A stretch of 64,000 nucleotides of DNA from Vicugna vicugna (GCA_013265495.1 MU057786.1:186001-250000); one strand, 5' to 3'; positions 47,705-60,637 are shown, numbered from the stretch's first letter. The notes: generated from the letters alone by a model not told the origin. A program made the numbers and translations.

Positions 47705-48560
47705 TAGTTCTCATTTTCATTATACAATTTTTTCATACATACACCAAAGTAGTAGAATAGTGTAATGGACACCCACATCTCCATCACGTGGATTTCATAG
47801 TTGTTGACATTTTGCTATATGTCTGCTTCATAGACTATTTTTTTCTTGTGGAACTATTTTGAAGTAAGTTACAGACATGACATTTCACTCTTCAATACTT
47901 AAGTATGTATTCCTAAAAACTTCAGGACATTTTTCTATGTAATCACAACACCATTATCACCCCTAGGAGAATAATCATAATTTCTTATCATAATCCAACA
48001 GTCCCTATTCAAATGTCCCTAGTTGTTGTCCCCAAACTATCTCTTACGGCTGATATGTTCAAGTCAGGGTTCAGTCAAGACTACATCTTACCATTCATTG
48101 TTATTCCTCCCAAATTTCTTCTTATTTAGACTGGTGTTTGTAGATTTTCATGTGTGCATGCGAATCACCTGGAGTTCTTGCTAACATACAGATTCTGACT
48201 TGGGGGCTGGAGAGGGGCCTGAACTTCTGCATTTCTAACAAACTCTTAAGTGATGCTGTTGCTGGAGGTCCATCGAATACACTGTGAGTAGCAAGGGTCT
48301 AGAACAATCCCCCTCTGTTTCTTTTCCATGACATTGATTTGATGTAGATCATGGGCCAGTTGTCATGTAGAAGGTGACCTCTGCTGGGTATAGCTGTTTG
48401 CTTCCTCATGGTGTCATTGAACTTGTTCATCTGCCCCCTGTATTGCCTATAAATATTGCCTATTCTTTGTGGTGAGAATACATCATTGGGGGTGCAACAT
48501 GCTTCACGTTGCATCATAACATCAGGCACAGAAAAACATCCTTCGGTGTGATTCATGGTT
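47705..48560 (-). mobile_element. Ancient L1 (L1MC/ME-like) 3' region
   Basis: 'catacatacaccaaagtag..aatagtgtaatg..aagtaagttacagacatgacatttcac..ggacatt..catgacattga..ggccagttgtc..ttgcttcctcatggtgtcatt'. Confidence 0.7.
48150..48300. mobile_element. MER5B/MER5A1-like hAT MITE nested in the old L1
   Basis: 'gaatcacctgga..cttgctaa..cagattctga..ggggcctga..ttctgcatttctaacaa..gtgatgctg..tgagtagcaagg'. Confidence 0.75.
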
Positions 48561-51329
48561 GGGCATCAAAGGTCCTTGACCACTTGGGATTGTAGGTAGG
48601 TGCTGTTGGATGTGAGTGTACCCATTTGGGGAAGTGGGGAAAGGATTCATTAATTGCATCAGATTCTCAAAGAGATGTTAGAAGTTTGCATTCATGAAAG
48701 ACAACCCTTGGGAGTGCTTCCCAAACCCTTGAAGGACATCAGAACTGTTCCTGGTTCCTCTTTTTGTCCCCATCTCCTTGCCTACAGAAGTGCCCCTGCA
48801 GGGTGAAGATCATCGCCTTTTGCTGCAGATGTGGCTCCCAAGCAGGTGTGTTTTCCCCTGTGGAGTGAGTCCCAGGGAAGAACTTGGTCCCAGGCATTGC
48901 TGCAAGGACACTAGCTGGACATGGTCCACACCAGACACCAGGGTGAGGAGAGAAGTGCAAGGTCAAAGATACGGAGTTGGACAGAGTGAGAAGGGGCTTT
49001 CAACAGAGAAACAAGTGCTGGGTCAGGAGCCAGGGATGGTGGGAAGTGGAGTCGGGGCGGGGGGCAGGGTGAGTGACTCAGGAGGGCGGTGGTGACCATG
49101 CCCTGAGTCTGCCCACTTTGGGGGATGTGAGGATAGCCTCGATGGCTTAATAGGCTTCTTCAGGTACAGAATAACCTGACTCCAGAGGGTGTTCATTGAA
49201 TCAGAATGGCTGTCATCCAAAGGCTGTGAACAGTTACTGTCTTTAACAGCACTGAGGCCTGTGTTAGTCGGGAAGGGCCTGATCACAGAAGGGGACACTG
49301 AAGTCATTTACCAGTGATGACTGTCAACCCCTGTGATGCCAGTGGTTCAGGCAGACACTGCTCAGAGGCAAGGCAAACAGCTGATATGCTGGTTCTGAAG
49401 ACTCGTGAGTCCCTGCTGCCCTTTTCCTCAGAAAAGTTGGGCTATAAGGTAGGAATAGTCCTCCGTGTCTGAGGGTCCATTTGTTGGACCAGTGGGCCCC
49501 TTGAGAAATGGGTCTCAGCTGCATGACATTGGTACCTGCTTCCTTTCTTTAAAGAGTCCTCAGAGCTGGAGAGGAGAACACATGTGTGCAGGCTCGGGGG
49601 AAAGATAATGCTGTATAATTTTATATCTTCTTTTATACTGTGGCTCAGCCACATACCATTAGCACAACAGGCAGGAAAATGAACGGAAATGAAGGGTGTC
49701 AGTGGCAGACATAGATAGATGGGGGTGATTGATTTTGGGTTTTTCTTCAGTGCAAGCTGAAGCAGAAAGTCGATGAGCCGCCCTGAGCCAGAGTCAACCA
49801 GGGCCCGGGCAGCAGGGCCACGCACGGGTGTTGTGGGCCACAGGCCTGCATACCTTTGAGCTTCTCTGGTCACCACGGGGAGCTGGCCCCGCTGTGTCTT
49901 TTCTGCTCCGGTGGGGGGTGTCTTTTACTTTTCAAACAAGGATTTATTTCCTTTGCCTTCCTTGGAAAGCAGAAGGAACTTCAGATCCTCCACACACACA
50001 TTTTAGCTCTACAGGATGGACTAGCCATAGAGGGGGTCAGAAATGCCATGCTCCCTGCTCTCATAGGATTGCTTGGTTGGTAGACGCTGGAGGTGGTATT
50101 TGAACTCTGTCTTCTGCTTCCAAAGCTCCTGCTCTTTCTACTGGTCCATGATGCTGTGGGTCTGTCTTGTCCTGTCTTTCCCTCCTGGCTTAGGCTCCCT
50201 GGGCCCCACTCTGGACTCTAAGCCCATCCTCCAGGTGGAAATGGGGAATGGCTGGTTCCACTGGGGAAGGGATAAGCCTGGATATTCTGGCTTTCTGCTA
50301 AAACCTCACAATCCGCATTAGCAAAGTGTTATTGAGTTCTTATTGCTCATGTGGAGCGCCAGTCCCTGTCCTGCAGGTCCCCTGTGTGACAGATGGGCTG
50401 AGTGAGGTTATCGGGCAAAGGCACAACCTTTGGATCAGCACACCTGTTCATTTCCTGGCGTTGTGTGACTCCACCACCGTCCTGAGTTCATCAGGGCGTC
50501 TGTAAGTGGAGGTGATGAGAGGCACCCTTACAGGGTCGGGTGAGGATGGGATGGGATAAAGCACGGACGCTCCCCCACAGTGCCTCTAACTGTGAGCTCC
50601 TTTCCTTTCCAGCTACTCTGTGAGCTTCTAGAAGGCCTGATGCTGTTCCCTCCTCCTATGTATGTTTCCAAGTGCCCCACTGCCCCCACACTTAGGTAGA
50701 AAGTGGGAGGCCAGTAACATGTGAAAGATGAACAAGTCTTTACTGATGTCTCCTGCACACCTAGTCAGAGCTCAGCGCTGGGCCTCCAGAGGCAAACTGG
50801 ACAGAATCATTGCCCTCACGAGAATCCCCAGGCTTAGCAGGAGCAGGACACAGACACACTGGCAGCTCCACCAGGGAGAGCTGCAGGTGCTCTGAAGGTG
50901 GAGTTTGCGTGGACTGCAGGGAGGGAGCTGAGGAAGCTTCCTGGAGCATGTGAGCTGCAGGATGAGTCTTGAAAGATGAGGTTTTTCTAGGGAGGTGGGA
51001 CGGGTGTTTCAGGCATCCCAGGAGAAGCACAGCACAAGTCTGGTGCACCCACGGAGCCTGGTGGGCCAGACCAGGGTAGGGCCCTAGGTCCTGACCAAGA
51101 ATGGCCAGGGGGCACCATGACCCCTGAACCCCAGTACATGGTTTCTGGAGTTCAGGGGCAAGTGGCAGGTGAGGCTGACCATGTAGCCCAAGAGAGTCCT
51201 TTGTCTGAGTTTTAATGTAATAGACAAAAATGCTATTACACTGGGATGGAAATAATAGAACCAAATCCCATGGTTCTATTTTCATTTTCTATATTCCCTT
51301 CTAGTCCCTGGTCCACGGACATATTTTTA

Positions 51330-53095
51330 ATCACAGCACAGCTACAGTTTTGGTTACAGCTTTCTTCATTATATGGTAAACATTTTTCACTGTAGCTACA
51401 GAGTTTTCATAATTATCATTTCAATGGCTGCATAAATTGGCCATTAAGTTGATGTTCTTTAATTTGCTTAAACATCACCCTTTGTTCAGAGGTTTAGATT
51501 GTTTAGATTGTTTTCAGTTTCTGGTTATTATAAATCATGTAATGTTGACCATCTTCTTAGAGTAGCCTTGCCGTTTTCATGAATTATTTTCTTGGGGAAA
51601 AAAGTGAGATTATTGGGTCAAAGAGTGTGGGCATTTTCGTGGCACTTGCAATGGTAACGCCAAACCATTTTTGAAGAGGATTGTTTCCTGTCACTGTGTG
51701 AGAAGGTGGGTTGGGCTATAACTCAAGAAGCATTTGGTGTTACAATTACAAACCTCTGTTTTTCTTTGTTGCTATTTTAACAGACTTTCCATTTGATTCA
51801 CAGAGGGATGGAGACTTTCTCTTCATGTGTTTACTAAAGGTACCTCTTCATTTGTGGATTTCCTACTCAAGCCCATTCATCTGTTGGCATCTTGAAGTTT
51901 TCAGAACAATTTGTGTGAACTCCTTACATTATGGAGTTATCAACACTCTGCCTGACACATTGCTACAAGTATTTTTCCTAGACTATTTTTATTGTAGTGA
52001 TCTTGTTCCTTTTTTGCAAAGCTTTTGTGCTTTTATATTGTTGAATCTGTTGGGTTTTCTTTTTTGGTTGTACTTTATCAGTATGAAACTTAAGAAGTTA
52101 TTGCTCGCTCCAAAGAACAGATAAATATTTCCTGCTAAATTTTTCTTTCATTTGACTTCTCTGTTTGATTTTCTAATCTCTCCAGAGTTTATTTTTTGTT
52201 GTGTGAGGTAAAGTGTGTTTCTGAGTTAATTACTTTTCCTTGAAACTACCCATTATCATAGCATAATTTATCAAGCAAGAATTTCTTTCTCCATGATTTG
52301 GTGAGCCCTACTTTGTACTAAAATTAAATTCTTAGTGCAATTAGGTCTGGATTTTTTAATTCAGATTCATTTCTCTATTTGTGCCAGTTCTATAATATTT
52401 TAAATTCTCATTGCTTTATATTTTTATACCTGGTTTTCTCTCATTTTCCCCTCTACAGAAATTGACTTAATATGCTCATCTATTTATTTTCAAAATTATT
52501 TTAGAATAATTTTATTTAATTCCTCAAAGAAATCCTTTTGAGATTTTGATTGGGGTCAAATAAAATTTATAAATTAACTTTTGGGAAGTTGATGTCATTA
52601 TAATGTAACATCTTCTCATCTGGGAACTGTTATTTTATTTTATTTTGTTTTATTTTATTATAGTTTTATTTGAATAACTCCCAGTAAAGTTTGGTTGTTC
52701 TCTTTCATCGGTCATGCATATCGCTAGCTAAATTTACTCCTAAGTAGTTATGCTCTTTGATGCCTCTGTGAGTGGGATCCCCTTTTTAACTTTATTTTAT
52801 ACTTATGCCTGGATAGAATACAGTGGTAGAATAATTAATAAAAAAAACCGATGCTTTTTATTTACTGTATAACCAGGATGGCAATAACAATTGCAGAATT
52901 CATAAAGAAAACCAGAGCATAACCTGTCATCTCACCATCTGAACAAACAAATGGTTCGCATTTTTCTGTGGCTTCCTCTAGAACTTATCCATAAACAGAC
53001 GCACTGGTGATCTATTTGGCATCCCACGGCTTCTCTTATGTTACATCATAAGCATTTTTCCCCTTCTTGCTGCAGAGTTTTGCTAATGATCTCTG
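51330..53095 (-). mobile_element. Ancient L1 (L1ME-like) fragments
   Basis: AT-rich block with 'aatggctgcata..tttagattgttt..cagttt..attattgggtcaaag..gagattttgattggg..aatttataaattaa'. Confidence 0.6.
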
Positions 53096-53530
53096 TTAAT
53101 GGAAAGCCAGCAGGGGTGGGTGTGTGGGGTTGGTTCTCAGACTTCCTGAGGAGCACATGGGGGCGAGGAAGACAGCTGTGGCTGCTGTCCGTGGTGTGGA
53201 AGGTGCTGTGATGGACACAGAGTTGGTGAAGCAGGCAGAACAAGGGAGGCTGCTTTCTTCCCTGTAGGGCTTGCCAGGGCTAGATCGATCCGTTTTATAA
53301 ACCTCCACAGGTGGTTCATGAACAGCCACAGTAAACAGGAGGAGCAAGGAATCAGAAGCACCATCTGCAGAAGAGATGGAGAGATGAGTTTTGAATCAAC
53401 TGATTGAAATTGCCCTCTGCAGTCTGGATGAACAGGATACTTTCCAGATTTCTTTGGCTTTGGTGCCAGGTGGGCACAGTGTCCATCTCATGGGTGTGTC
53501 TCCCTCCCTCATCATTCCTCCTCTTAAACA

Positions 53531-53655
53531 TTTACTGCTGAGTAGTATTCCACTGTATGTGTATACCACAACTTCTTTATCCAGTCCTTCAATCCTTCAA
53601 TACCTTGTAACGGCCTATGATGAAACAGTACATGAAAAGGAATATATACATATAT
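53531..53655. mobile_element. L1 piece: antisense ORF2 end (53531-53586) joined to sense 3' UTR (about 53595-53655)
   Basis: 53531-53586 aligns by eye to about 61113-61169. The sense part aligns to the reverse complement of about 60730-60790. Confidence 0.8.
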
Positions 53656-53848
53656 TGACCAAGGTCTGGCAGCAGACTTGGGAACATGCCTGCAGACCTG
53701 GGTCTCCTGAGAGCAAGGTGTGTGCTCTTAGTTATCTTGCAGCTGCCTCTTACTAATGGTTGTTACCACTTGTTGAATGGGCTTTGGGAATGTTATCTTG
53801 GTCAATTGTTTTAAAAAGATTTTTAAGAAATGAAAAAAAATTAGGCTG

Positions 53849-54003
53849 ACATATATATATATACATGTCACATATATATATGTATATATATATATGCAGA
53901 CACACACAGACACGTACATAAATAAAAATGAATCACTGTGCTGTCCACCAGAAATTAACACATTGTGAACTGACTACACTTCAATTAAAAAATATATAAA
54001 AAA
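53849..54003 (+). mobile_element. L1 extreme 3' end with (TA)n and an A-rich tail
   Basis: 'tgaatcactgtgctgtccaccagaaattaacacattgtgaactgactacacttcaattaaaaaa'. Confidence 0.85.
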
Positions 54004-55944
54004 GATGAAGCCTGTATACATATACCTGTGCCTCTTGATACCTCTAGCTCTATCTGTATCTGCATATATATCTAATCTGTACTTACAGCTACGTCTCTCT
54101 CTCTATCTCTGTATCTAATCTATATGTGCGCCGACACCCATACCCACACCTGGCTGTCTCAGAGCAGTGCTGACCTGCAGCGAGCACTACACACGTGTTA
54201 GCTGTCTTGTGATTGTTATTACTGCCAAGTGCGGTGGTGCAAAGTTGAGTCTCTCCGAGGGTCCAGAAGCATGCCTGCCCTCCGCTGCCTGTCCCATGCT
54301 GCCCACCCACGCTCCTCGGCCTGCACGGCCCCCAGGCCTGACATGAAGATCTGGCGGGGCCCGTGTCCTGTTTCCCTGACCTGATCAGCAGGGGCTCAGG
54401 GCCTGGGCATTTAAATAGCTTGTTTATTAGAAGCTGCTTCCTTGGTTTCTGTGTCTGACGTCTCCCTGGCTGCATCTCTTTTGCGGGTCATTAAGAATGT
54501 CACATTTGGTTTAAGCAAGCGTGTCACCACAGGGCTTTTCTGTGAGCATCACATGCGGGGTGATCCTGAAGGCGCCTCCAGGACCTCCCCTGCCGGCAGC
54601 CTGAGACTGACTGGGAGATGGTGTCTGGCCCACACGTCATCCTGAAGGCAGCAGCGCCCTGGCTCTGGGGACGCAAGGCCTCACCAGGCTACTGAGTCTG
54701 ACGGTGCCTGGGGGTGGTGTTTGCAGGAACATCCTGGACCCTCACCTGGCCCGGGAGGGGCTGAGGCAAAGGTCTCGAACCCCAGGAGAGCCTGCTTCTC
54801 GTCTGTCCTGACGGCGGCTCACCATGGAGGGAGAACGATTGACAGGTGGAATGTGAGGCCAGTGGAGCCCATGTGGGGTTGGGTACAGGCAGGGGCGTGT
54901 CCTCACTGCACCCTCCAGCGACCCCACTGAGCTTGTCCCTCTTGTGTATCATGACACTGAGGCCTGAGAATGACAAGGCTGTCCCAGGCCACCCTGCAGG
55001 TTGGTGCAGAGCCAGACTTGAGTGACCACAGGTCCACTTCCCTCCTCTGGTCCTCAGTGCCCGCCCAGCCCCACCCTGCCATCTAACCCCACCCCCCTCT
55101 GCTGTGATTCTGCCCTTTGCTCAGACTCCGACCTGGGGTGTTGGAACCTGACAGCCAGTGGTGTCCAGCCTCCCCTACTGCATCTGCCTCTGCGCAGGGA
55201 GCTCGTTTGGCCTTTCTGCTTGCCCTGCCTGCCACATTTTTCGCCTGTGGGACCACGCTGCGGCACGTGGCCTGCTCCAGATGGCCCGGCTGTGTGATCG
55301 TGCTTGACGGCCCTCTTAGCTCCTGCCCTGGGAGCTGGCAGAGGCAGGGCTGGTTCATCCCTGCAGTGGATAGGACAGCCCAGCTCAGCAGTGGTGGTGG
55401 AAGTGGGTGCTGTCATGCAAGCCAGTGCTCTGGGTTTGTTCGGAGAGGAGTGTGTGTAGTCTTCTTGGCTCGGAGACTGAGCCTCCCCATTTCTGTGTGC
55501 TTCTGTGAAGCTAAACCTGTTTGGAAGGTGGCTGAGCTGCTGGAGGGATCTCCATCTGTAACTGGAAATGTGGTGATTAGAGAGGGGCAGGCTATGTGTG
55601 TGCAGGTGTGTGTGTGTGCAGGTGTGTGTGAGGGCAGGCGTGTGAGTGTGTGTGAGTGTGTGTGTTACGTGGGACAGCTACCCAGGTACAAGCTGTTCTG
55701 AGTGCCTGAGCCCAGCTCCCCTCTGCTAAAATTGGCCCAGCTCTGCTAAGCCAGGCGGTGAGCTCCACTCTGTGGGTACCTGCTACCTGTGGTGAACTGA
55801 GTGGGTCAAAGGACCCGGGCCTGGCCTTGAGAGTCTGAGTCTTCCCCTTCTCCTCTCCCCAGCCTTTGCAAACAGCCCAACTGAAGGGCCAGCAGAGGGG
55901 GGCTGGGCCAGCCCAGAGGTTTCTGAACACAGCCTGGAGAAGGT

Positions 55945-56450
55945 CTTCCTAGGGGATGGAAGGCTTTCTGGAGGAGGTGATACCAAAACAAAGCCTTGGA
56001 AGATAAGCTGGAGGAGTTGGTCAGGCACACAGGAGATGGGGGAGTGCATTCTAGGCCAAGAGGGCAGCATGGACAGGCACACAGATGCCCGGCAAGGGGG
56101 TGCTGGTGTCTTAGAGGAAGTGCAAGAGTTCAGTCTGGAGTGGGGGATGGGAGGAGGTGAGGGTGGGTAGGCAGGGGCTGGACTCTGACCCTGAGAGTCC
56201 TTCATGCCACTGCAGCCAAATGGGTTGCTGCTGAGTGGTTTTAGGTGGAAGAGTGACATAAACAGACTTAATTTTTAGGAGGATCCCTCTGGCTGGGGGT
56301 AGAGAGTGGGCTGGAGTCAGGGTGGGTATGAATCAGGGTGAGAGACCGTGGCTGATCTGGGGCCATGGCCTTGGGGGTTCAGAGGTCCCAGAGGGGAGAG
56401 TCCAGGGAGGGCTCGGGGACTGCTGAGATGAGGAGAGGAACGCAGGGGCC
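55945..56450 (-). mobile_element. L2 fragment
   Basis: 'ggaaggctttctggaggaggtga..ccttgga..gcattctaggccaagagggcagcatg..ggttttaggtgg..gagtgacata..cagactta..ggatccctctggctg'. Confidence 0.75.
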
Positions 56451-56931
56451 AAGGTACCTGGATGGCGGCGTGCCTGGGGCTAGGAGCTCAGCGCCCACCG
56501 CAGCTCCCCGGGAAGAGCCCTCCGTGCCCACCTGCAGGCATCCGCCCCAGCCCATCCTGAATGGTCTTGCTGCTGCTCATGGTGACTCTAATTATGCACA
56601 AACCTACTTCAGCTACAGCTTTTTTCTCCTCTGCGGATGGGGATTCCAGAGCTTGCTGATGATTCCACTCTTCCATCTGCTCCCTGAGAAGGGCCATGGG
56701 CCCCTGAGAGGGTGGGCCCAGGCAGCTCCTGGACCCCATGGAAGGGCTGTGCTCTGAGGGCCCTCTGGCTCTGATGTCCCTGACGGGTGATGACAAGAAA
56801 GGCTCACATAAAATAACAATAAAGGCTTGGCTCCTGTCTGCAATTATCCCCATTTTACAGATGAGGCAGCCAAAGCCCAGGGAGGCCCAGTGACTTGCCC
56901 AAGTCACCTAAAGAGAGAGGAGGACCCCCAG

Positions 56932-56948
56932 NNNNNNNNNNNNNNNNN
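56932..56948. other. Assembly gap (17 N)
   Basis: Run of N. Confidence 1.
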
Positions 56949-57834
56949 CTGCCCCGGCGAGGCTGGGATGGGGCTGTGAGGGCTCTGCTCGAACGTGTGC
57001 TAAGTGCTAGGGTCTGTGTGGGCTTCTTAAACCCCCCTTCCTGTGCCAACAGGTAGAGTCTGCTGCCCTGTCTGTTGATTTCTAAGTCAGTATAGGGATC
57101 TGACAAGAACCACGTCCCAAAGGGAAAGTGCCCTGGCCCCCAATGAGGTCAGAGTGCCCTGGGAACTGAGAGGAAGTGTGGCCCCCCGACGGGCAGAGGC
57201 AGGGAAGGCCTCTTGGAGGAAGAGGTGTTTGCAGCTGGTCTCGTCTGGGGGAGGATTTGGGTGTACATTGGAAAAGGGGTGCTTAAGGCTGAGGAGGGAG
57301 CCAGAGGGCAAGGCAAGGAGGAATGGGGGTGGGAGAAAACACCTGGAAGTTTTCTGCACTGACAAAGGAGATCTTGGAGGATGTATGGGGAGCAGTGAAT
57401 CGGGTTAGCTGGTGAGAAGGGTCCGGAACGGGGGTCATCGGTAATAACGGTGGAAAGGTAGGTAGGGGGCCAGGCCATGGCATTGAAAGCTGGGCCAGAG
57501 TCTGGACTTGGTTTCCTAGTGGTGGGTGGGGGAACATGATCAGAGCTTTTGTAAAATAAATGAAGAGGGCAGAGCCACGCAGCCCTGGATACAATGCAGG
57601 TAACTGTGAGTTAGAGAGGTCGGCCTTGTCCTTTGGTTTTCACAAGGATTCGACTCTTTAGTCTCTTTGCAACCAATCCCATTGCTGTTCTGAGTTTGCT
57701 GGCTACATGGAGGAGTTGTTGCATTTGGCCTTGACTCTGCTTCTGAAATGGAAGAGCAAGGAATCACTGAAGGAGCAGCAGGTAGAGGCAGGAGAAGGAT
57801 GAAGAGGAGGAGGAGGAGGAGCAGACTGTTGTGG

Positions 57835-60610
57835 TAGAACTTTTGTCAGATTTGATTCTAAGTACTTTGTAGTTTTAATGCTATACTGAATCATAGGATT
57901 TAAAGAAATTTCATCTTGTGAATGCTCATTGCTAGTATATAGAAATACGATTGACTTTTGTGTCTTTATATTTAAGGTGGATCTCTTGTAGACAGAATAC
58001 AGTTGGGTCATGTTTTTTGATTCACTCTGAAAACCTCTGTCTTTCAATGGGTGCATTTAGACCCCTGACGAAGTGATTATGGATACAACTGGATTAATAT
58101 CTACAATATTTATTAGTGTTTTCTGTTTGCTGCCCTTGTTCTTTGTTTTTGTCTTACACTTTTTTTCTGCCTTTTTGGGTTTTAATCGAACATTTTATAC
58201 GATTCCATTTTCTCTCCTTAGCATTGGTTATATTTTTTAATTTAAAAAAAATTTTTTTCTTTTACTTTTTTCAGTGGTTGCCCTAGTATTTACAATGTAT
58301 ATTTACAGCCAATCCAAGTCACCTCTAATTAAGACTGTACCACTTCATGGTAGTCTGAGTACCTTAACAACAAAATAATACCAATTCCTCCCTCCCTTTC
58401 CTTATATTATTGTCATTCGTTTAACCTATGTAAGCATGCGTAACGTGTACACACGAACACATGCACAAGATATATAAAAGCCTACATAATTGAATGCATT
58501 GTTGATGTTATTATTTTTAATTCTTATTTTTTATTGACGTGTAGCTGATTTACAATGTTAATTTTATGTGTACAGCAAAGCAGTTCAGCCATACATATAC
58601 ATACATATATATACATACTTTTTCAGATTCTCTTCCATTACAACTCATTACAAGGAACTGAATATAGTTCCCTGTGCTATATAGTAGGTCCTTGTCGTTT
58701 ATCTATTTTATATGTAACAATGTGTATCTGTTAATCCCAAACTGGTATTATTAGTTTGAACAAACTGTTCTCTGTTAGTTGAAATAAAAGTAAGAAAAAT
58801 AAAAGGTTTTATTATTTTACCCTCACTTATTTCTTCTTTGATGCTCTCCTTTTATGTAGCTCTTAGTTTCTCATCTATATTTTCTTCATCTCTAAAGAAT
58901 GTCTTTGAACATTTCTTGCGAGGCAGGTTTACTGGCAACAAATTCCTTTAATAGTTGTTTCTCTGAGAAAGTATTTCTCCTTCCCTTTTGAAGGATAATT
59001 TCAGAGGATATGGAATTCTAGTTTTTTTTTTTTCCTCAATAGTTTAAAATATTTCACTCTACTCTCTTCTTGCTTACATGGTGTCTGTGGAGAAGCCAGA
59101 TGTAATTTTTACCTTCTATGGGTAAGTTGTTTTCCTGCTCTCTGGCTTCTTCTGTGATTTTTTTTCTTTATTTCTGATTTTATGAGTTTGAAAATTGTAT
59201 GCATAGGTATAGTTTTATGTTTGTTTTTTGTTTTTAGCATTTATTCGTCTTGGTGTTTTCTGAGATTCTTGGATCTGTAGCTTGGTGTCTGACATTAGTA
59301 TGCAGAAATTTTCAGTGGCTATTATTTCAAATGTTCTTTTCTGTTTCTTTCCTTCCTTCCTTTCTTTTCTTCCTTTTTTCTTTTTATATTTTCATTACAT
59401 GAATGTCGTACCTTTTGTAGTTATTCCACATTTCTTGGTTATTCTGTTTTTTTTTTTCAGGTTTTGTTCTCTCTGCTTTTTGACTTTCAGGGATTCTATT
59501 TGATAGATCCTCGAGCTCAGAGATTCTTTCCTAGGCATGTCCAGTCTACTAATAAGCTCATCAAAAGCATTCTTCATTTCTGTTACAATGCTTTTTAATT
59601 TGTAGCATTTCTTTTTAATTCTTTCTCAGCATTTCCATCTCTCTGTATACCTTGCCCATCTATTCTGACAAGCTGTCTACCTTATCCATTAGCACCTTTA
59701 GCATATTAATCTTAGCTTTTAAAAATTCCTGGTCTGATGATGCCATATCCCTTCCATGTCTGGTTCTGATGCTTGCTCTGTCTCTCCAGATTGTTTTCTG
59801 CTTTTTGGTATACCTGGTCATTTCCCCCTCTATAGCTGAGCGTGATGCACCTGGCCAAAGGAACTGCTATAAATAAGCACTTAGGAATGTGGTGAAGTTT
59901 GTTGGGGGAGGGAAGTATTTTATAGTCCTAGGATTTGGTCTTAATCTGTTAATGAGGCTGTGCTTTGTGGCCTGTCAGCTTAACAAGTGTTTCTCAACTT
60001 TTCCCCCTCTTTCTTAGGACAGGACTGGTAGAGTGGGCTGGAGCTGGGTATTTCCCTTGCCTGGGTTGGTTATGCTCTGATAATACCCCAGCTGGTCAGG
60101 CTCTGGGTACTAGTTTCCTCTGAGAACTTGCTGAGAAGGACAGAGTGTTGGGGTACATTTCAAAATGGTTCCTTTGCCCCTCTCCCTACCAGAAGCCCTA
60201 GCGTGTTTGTCTCTGATATTTACTCGGGGAATCTGGTTGAGCTTCTGGAGGCAAATCTCACCGGATTGTGGGATCCTTCCTGTGACTGGATCCCCTGGAG
60301 TTTTGAACTCTCAGAGTTGCCCACACTGAGCCTCCAGCAGTTCCTCCACTGCAGTTCAGCTCTTGCTACCCACCACTGGTTCCTGCAGCTGTTCCCACTC
60401 CCGAGTCTTGGCTCCAGGAAGCCACAGCGACCTGTGCTCACCTGTCTCCCCAGTCTTGGGGGCAGCGCTTTTCCCTGTGAACTTCTTTCTCATATAGATC
60501 CAAGAAGAATTGTTGATTTTTCAGTCTGTTATGCTTTTTTACTGTTTTTTTTTTTTTGGACAGAGGGATGGCTTCCAAGCTCCTTATACACAGAACAGGA
60601 AACTGGAAAT
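57835..60610 (-). mobile_element. Old L1 (L1MC/MD-like): 5' UTR, decayed ORF1, ORF2 start with a large internal deletion
   Basis: ORF 59395-59577 (MKNAFDELISRLD) is an ORF1p coiled coil. ORF 57703-58056 joins frameshifted EN N-terminal sequence to the post-RT motif QKSIVFLYTSNE..KYLESNLTK. Confidence 0.8.
58520..58743 (-). mobile_element. Younger L1 3' UTR inserted in the old L1
   Basis: T-rich start, then 'gatttacaatgtt..gtacagcaaag..ttcag..ttttcagattctcttccatta..gaatatagttccctgtgctatatagtaggtcc'. Confidence 0.85.
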
Positions 60611-60637
60611 CTGCTTTTCTTTTTGAAACAAATTCTT

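Noticed and set aside
57748..57837. Short Arg-rich, protamine-like ORF (MEEQGITEGAAGRGRRRMKRRRRRSRLLW)
   Set aside because: The Arg run comes from an (AGG)n microsatellite, and there are no other protamine features.
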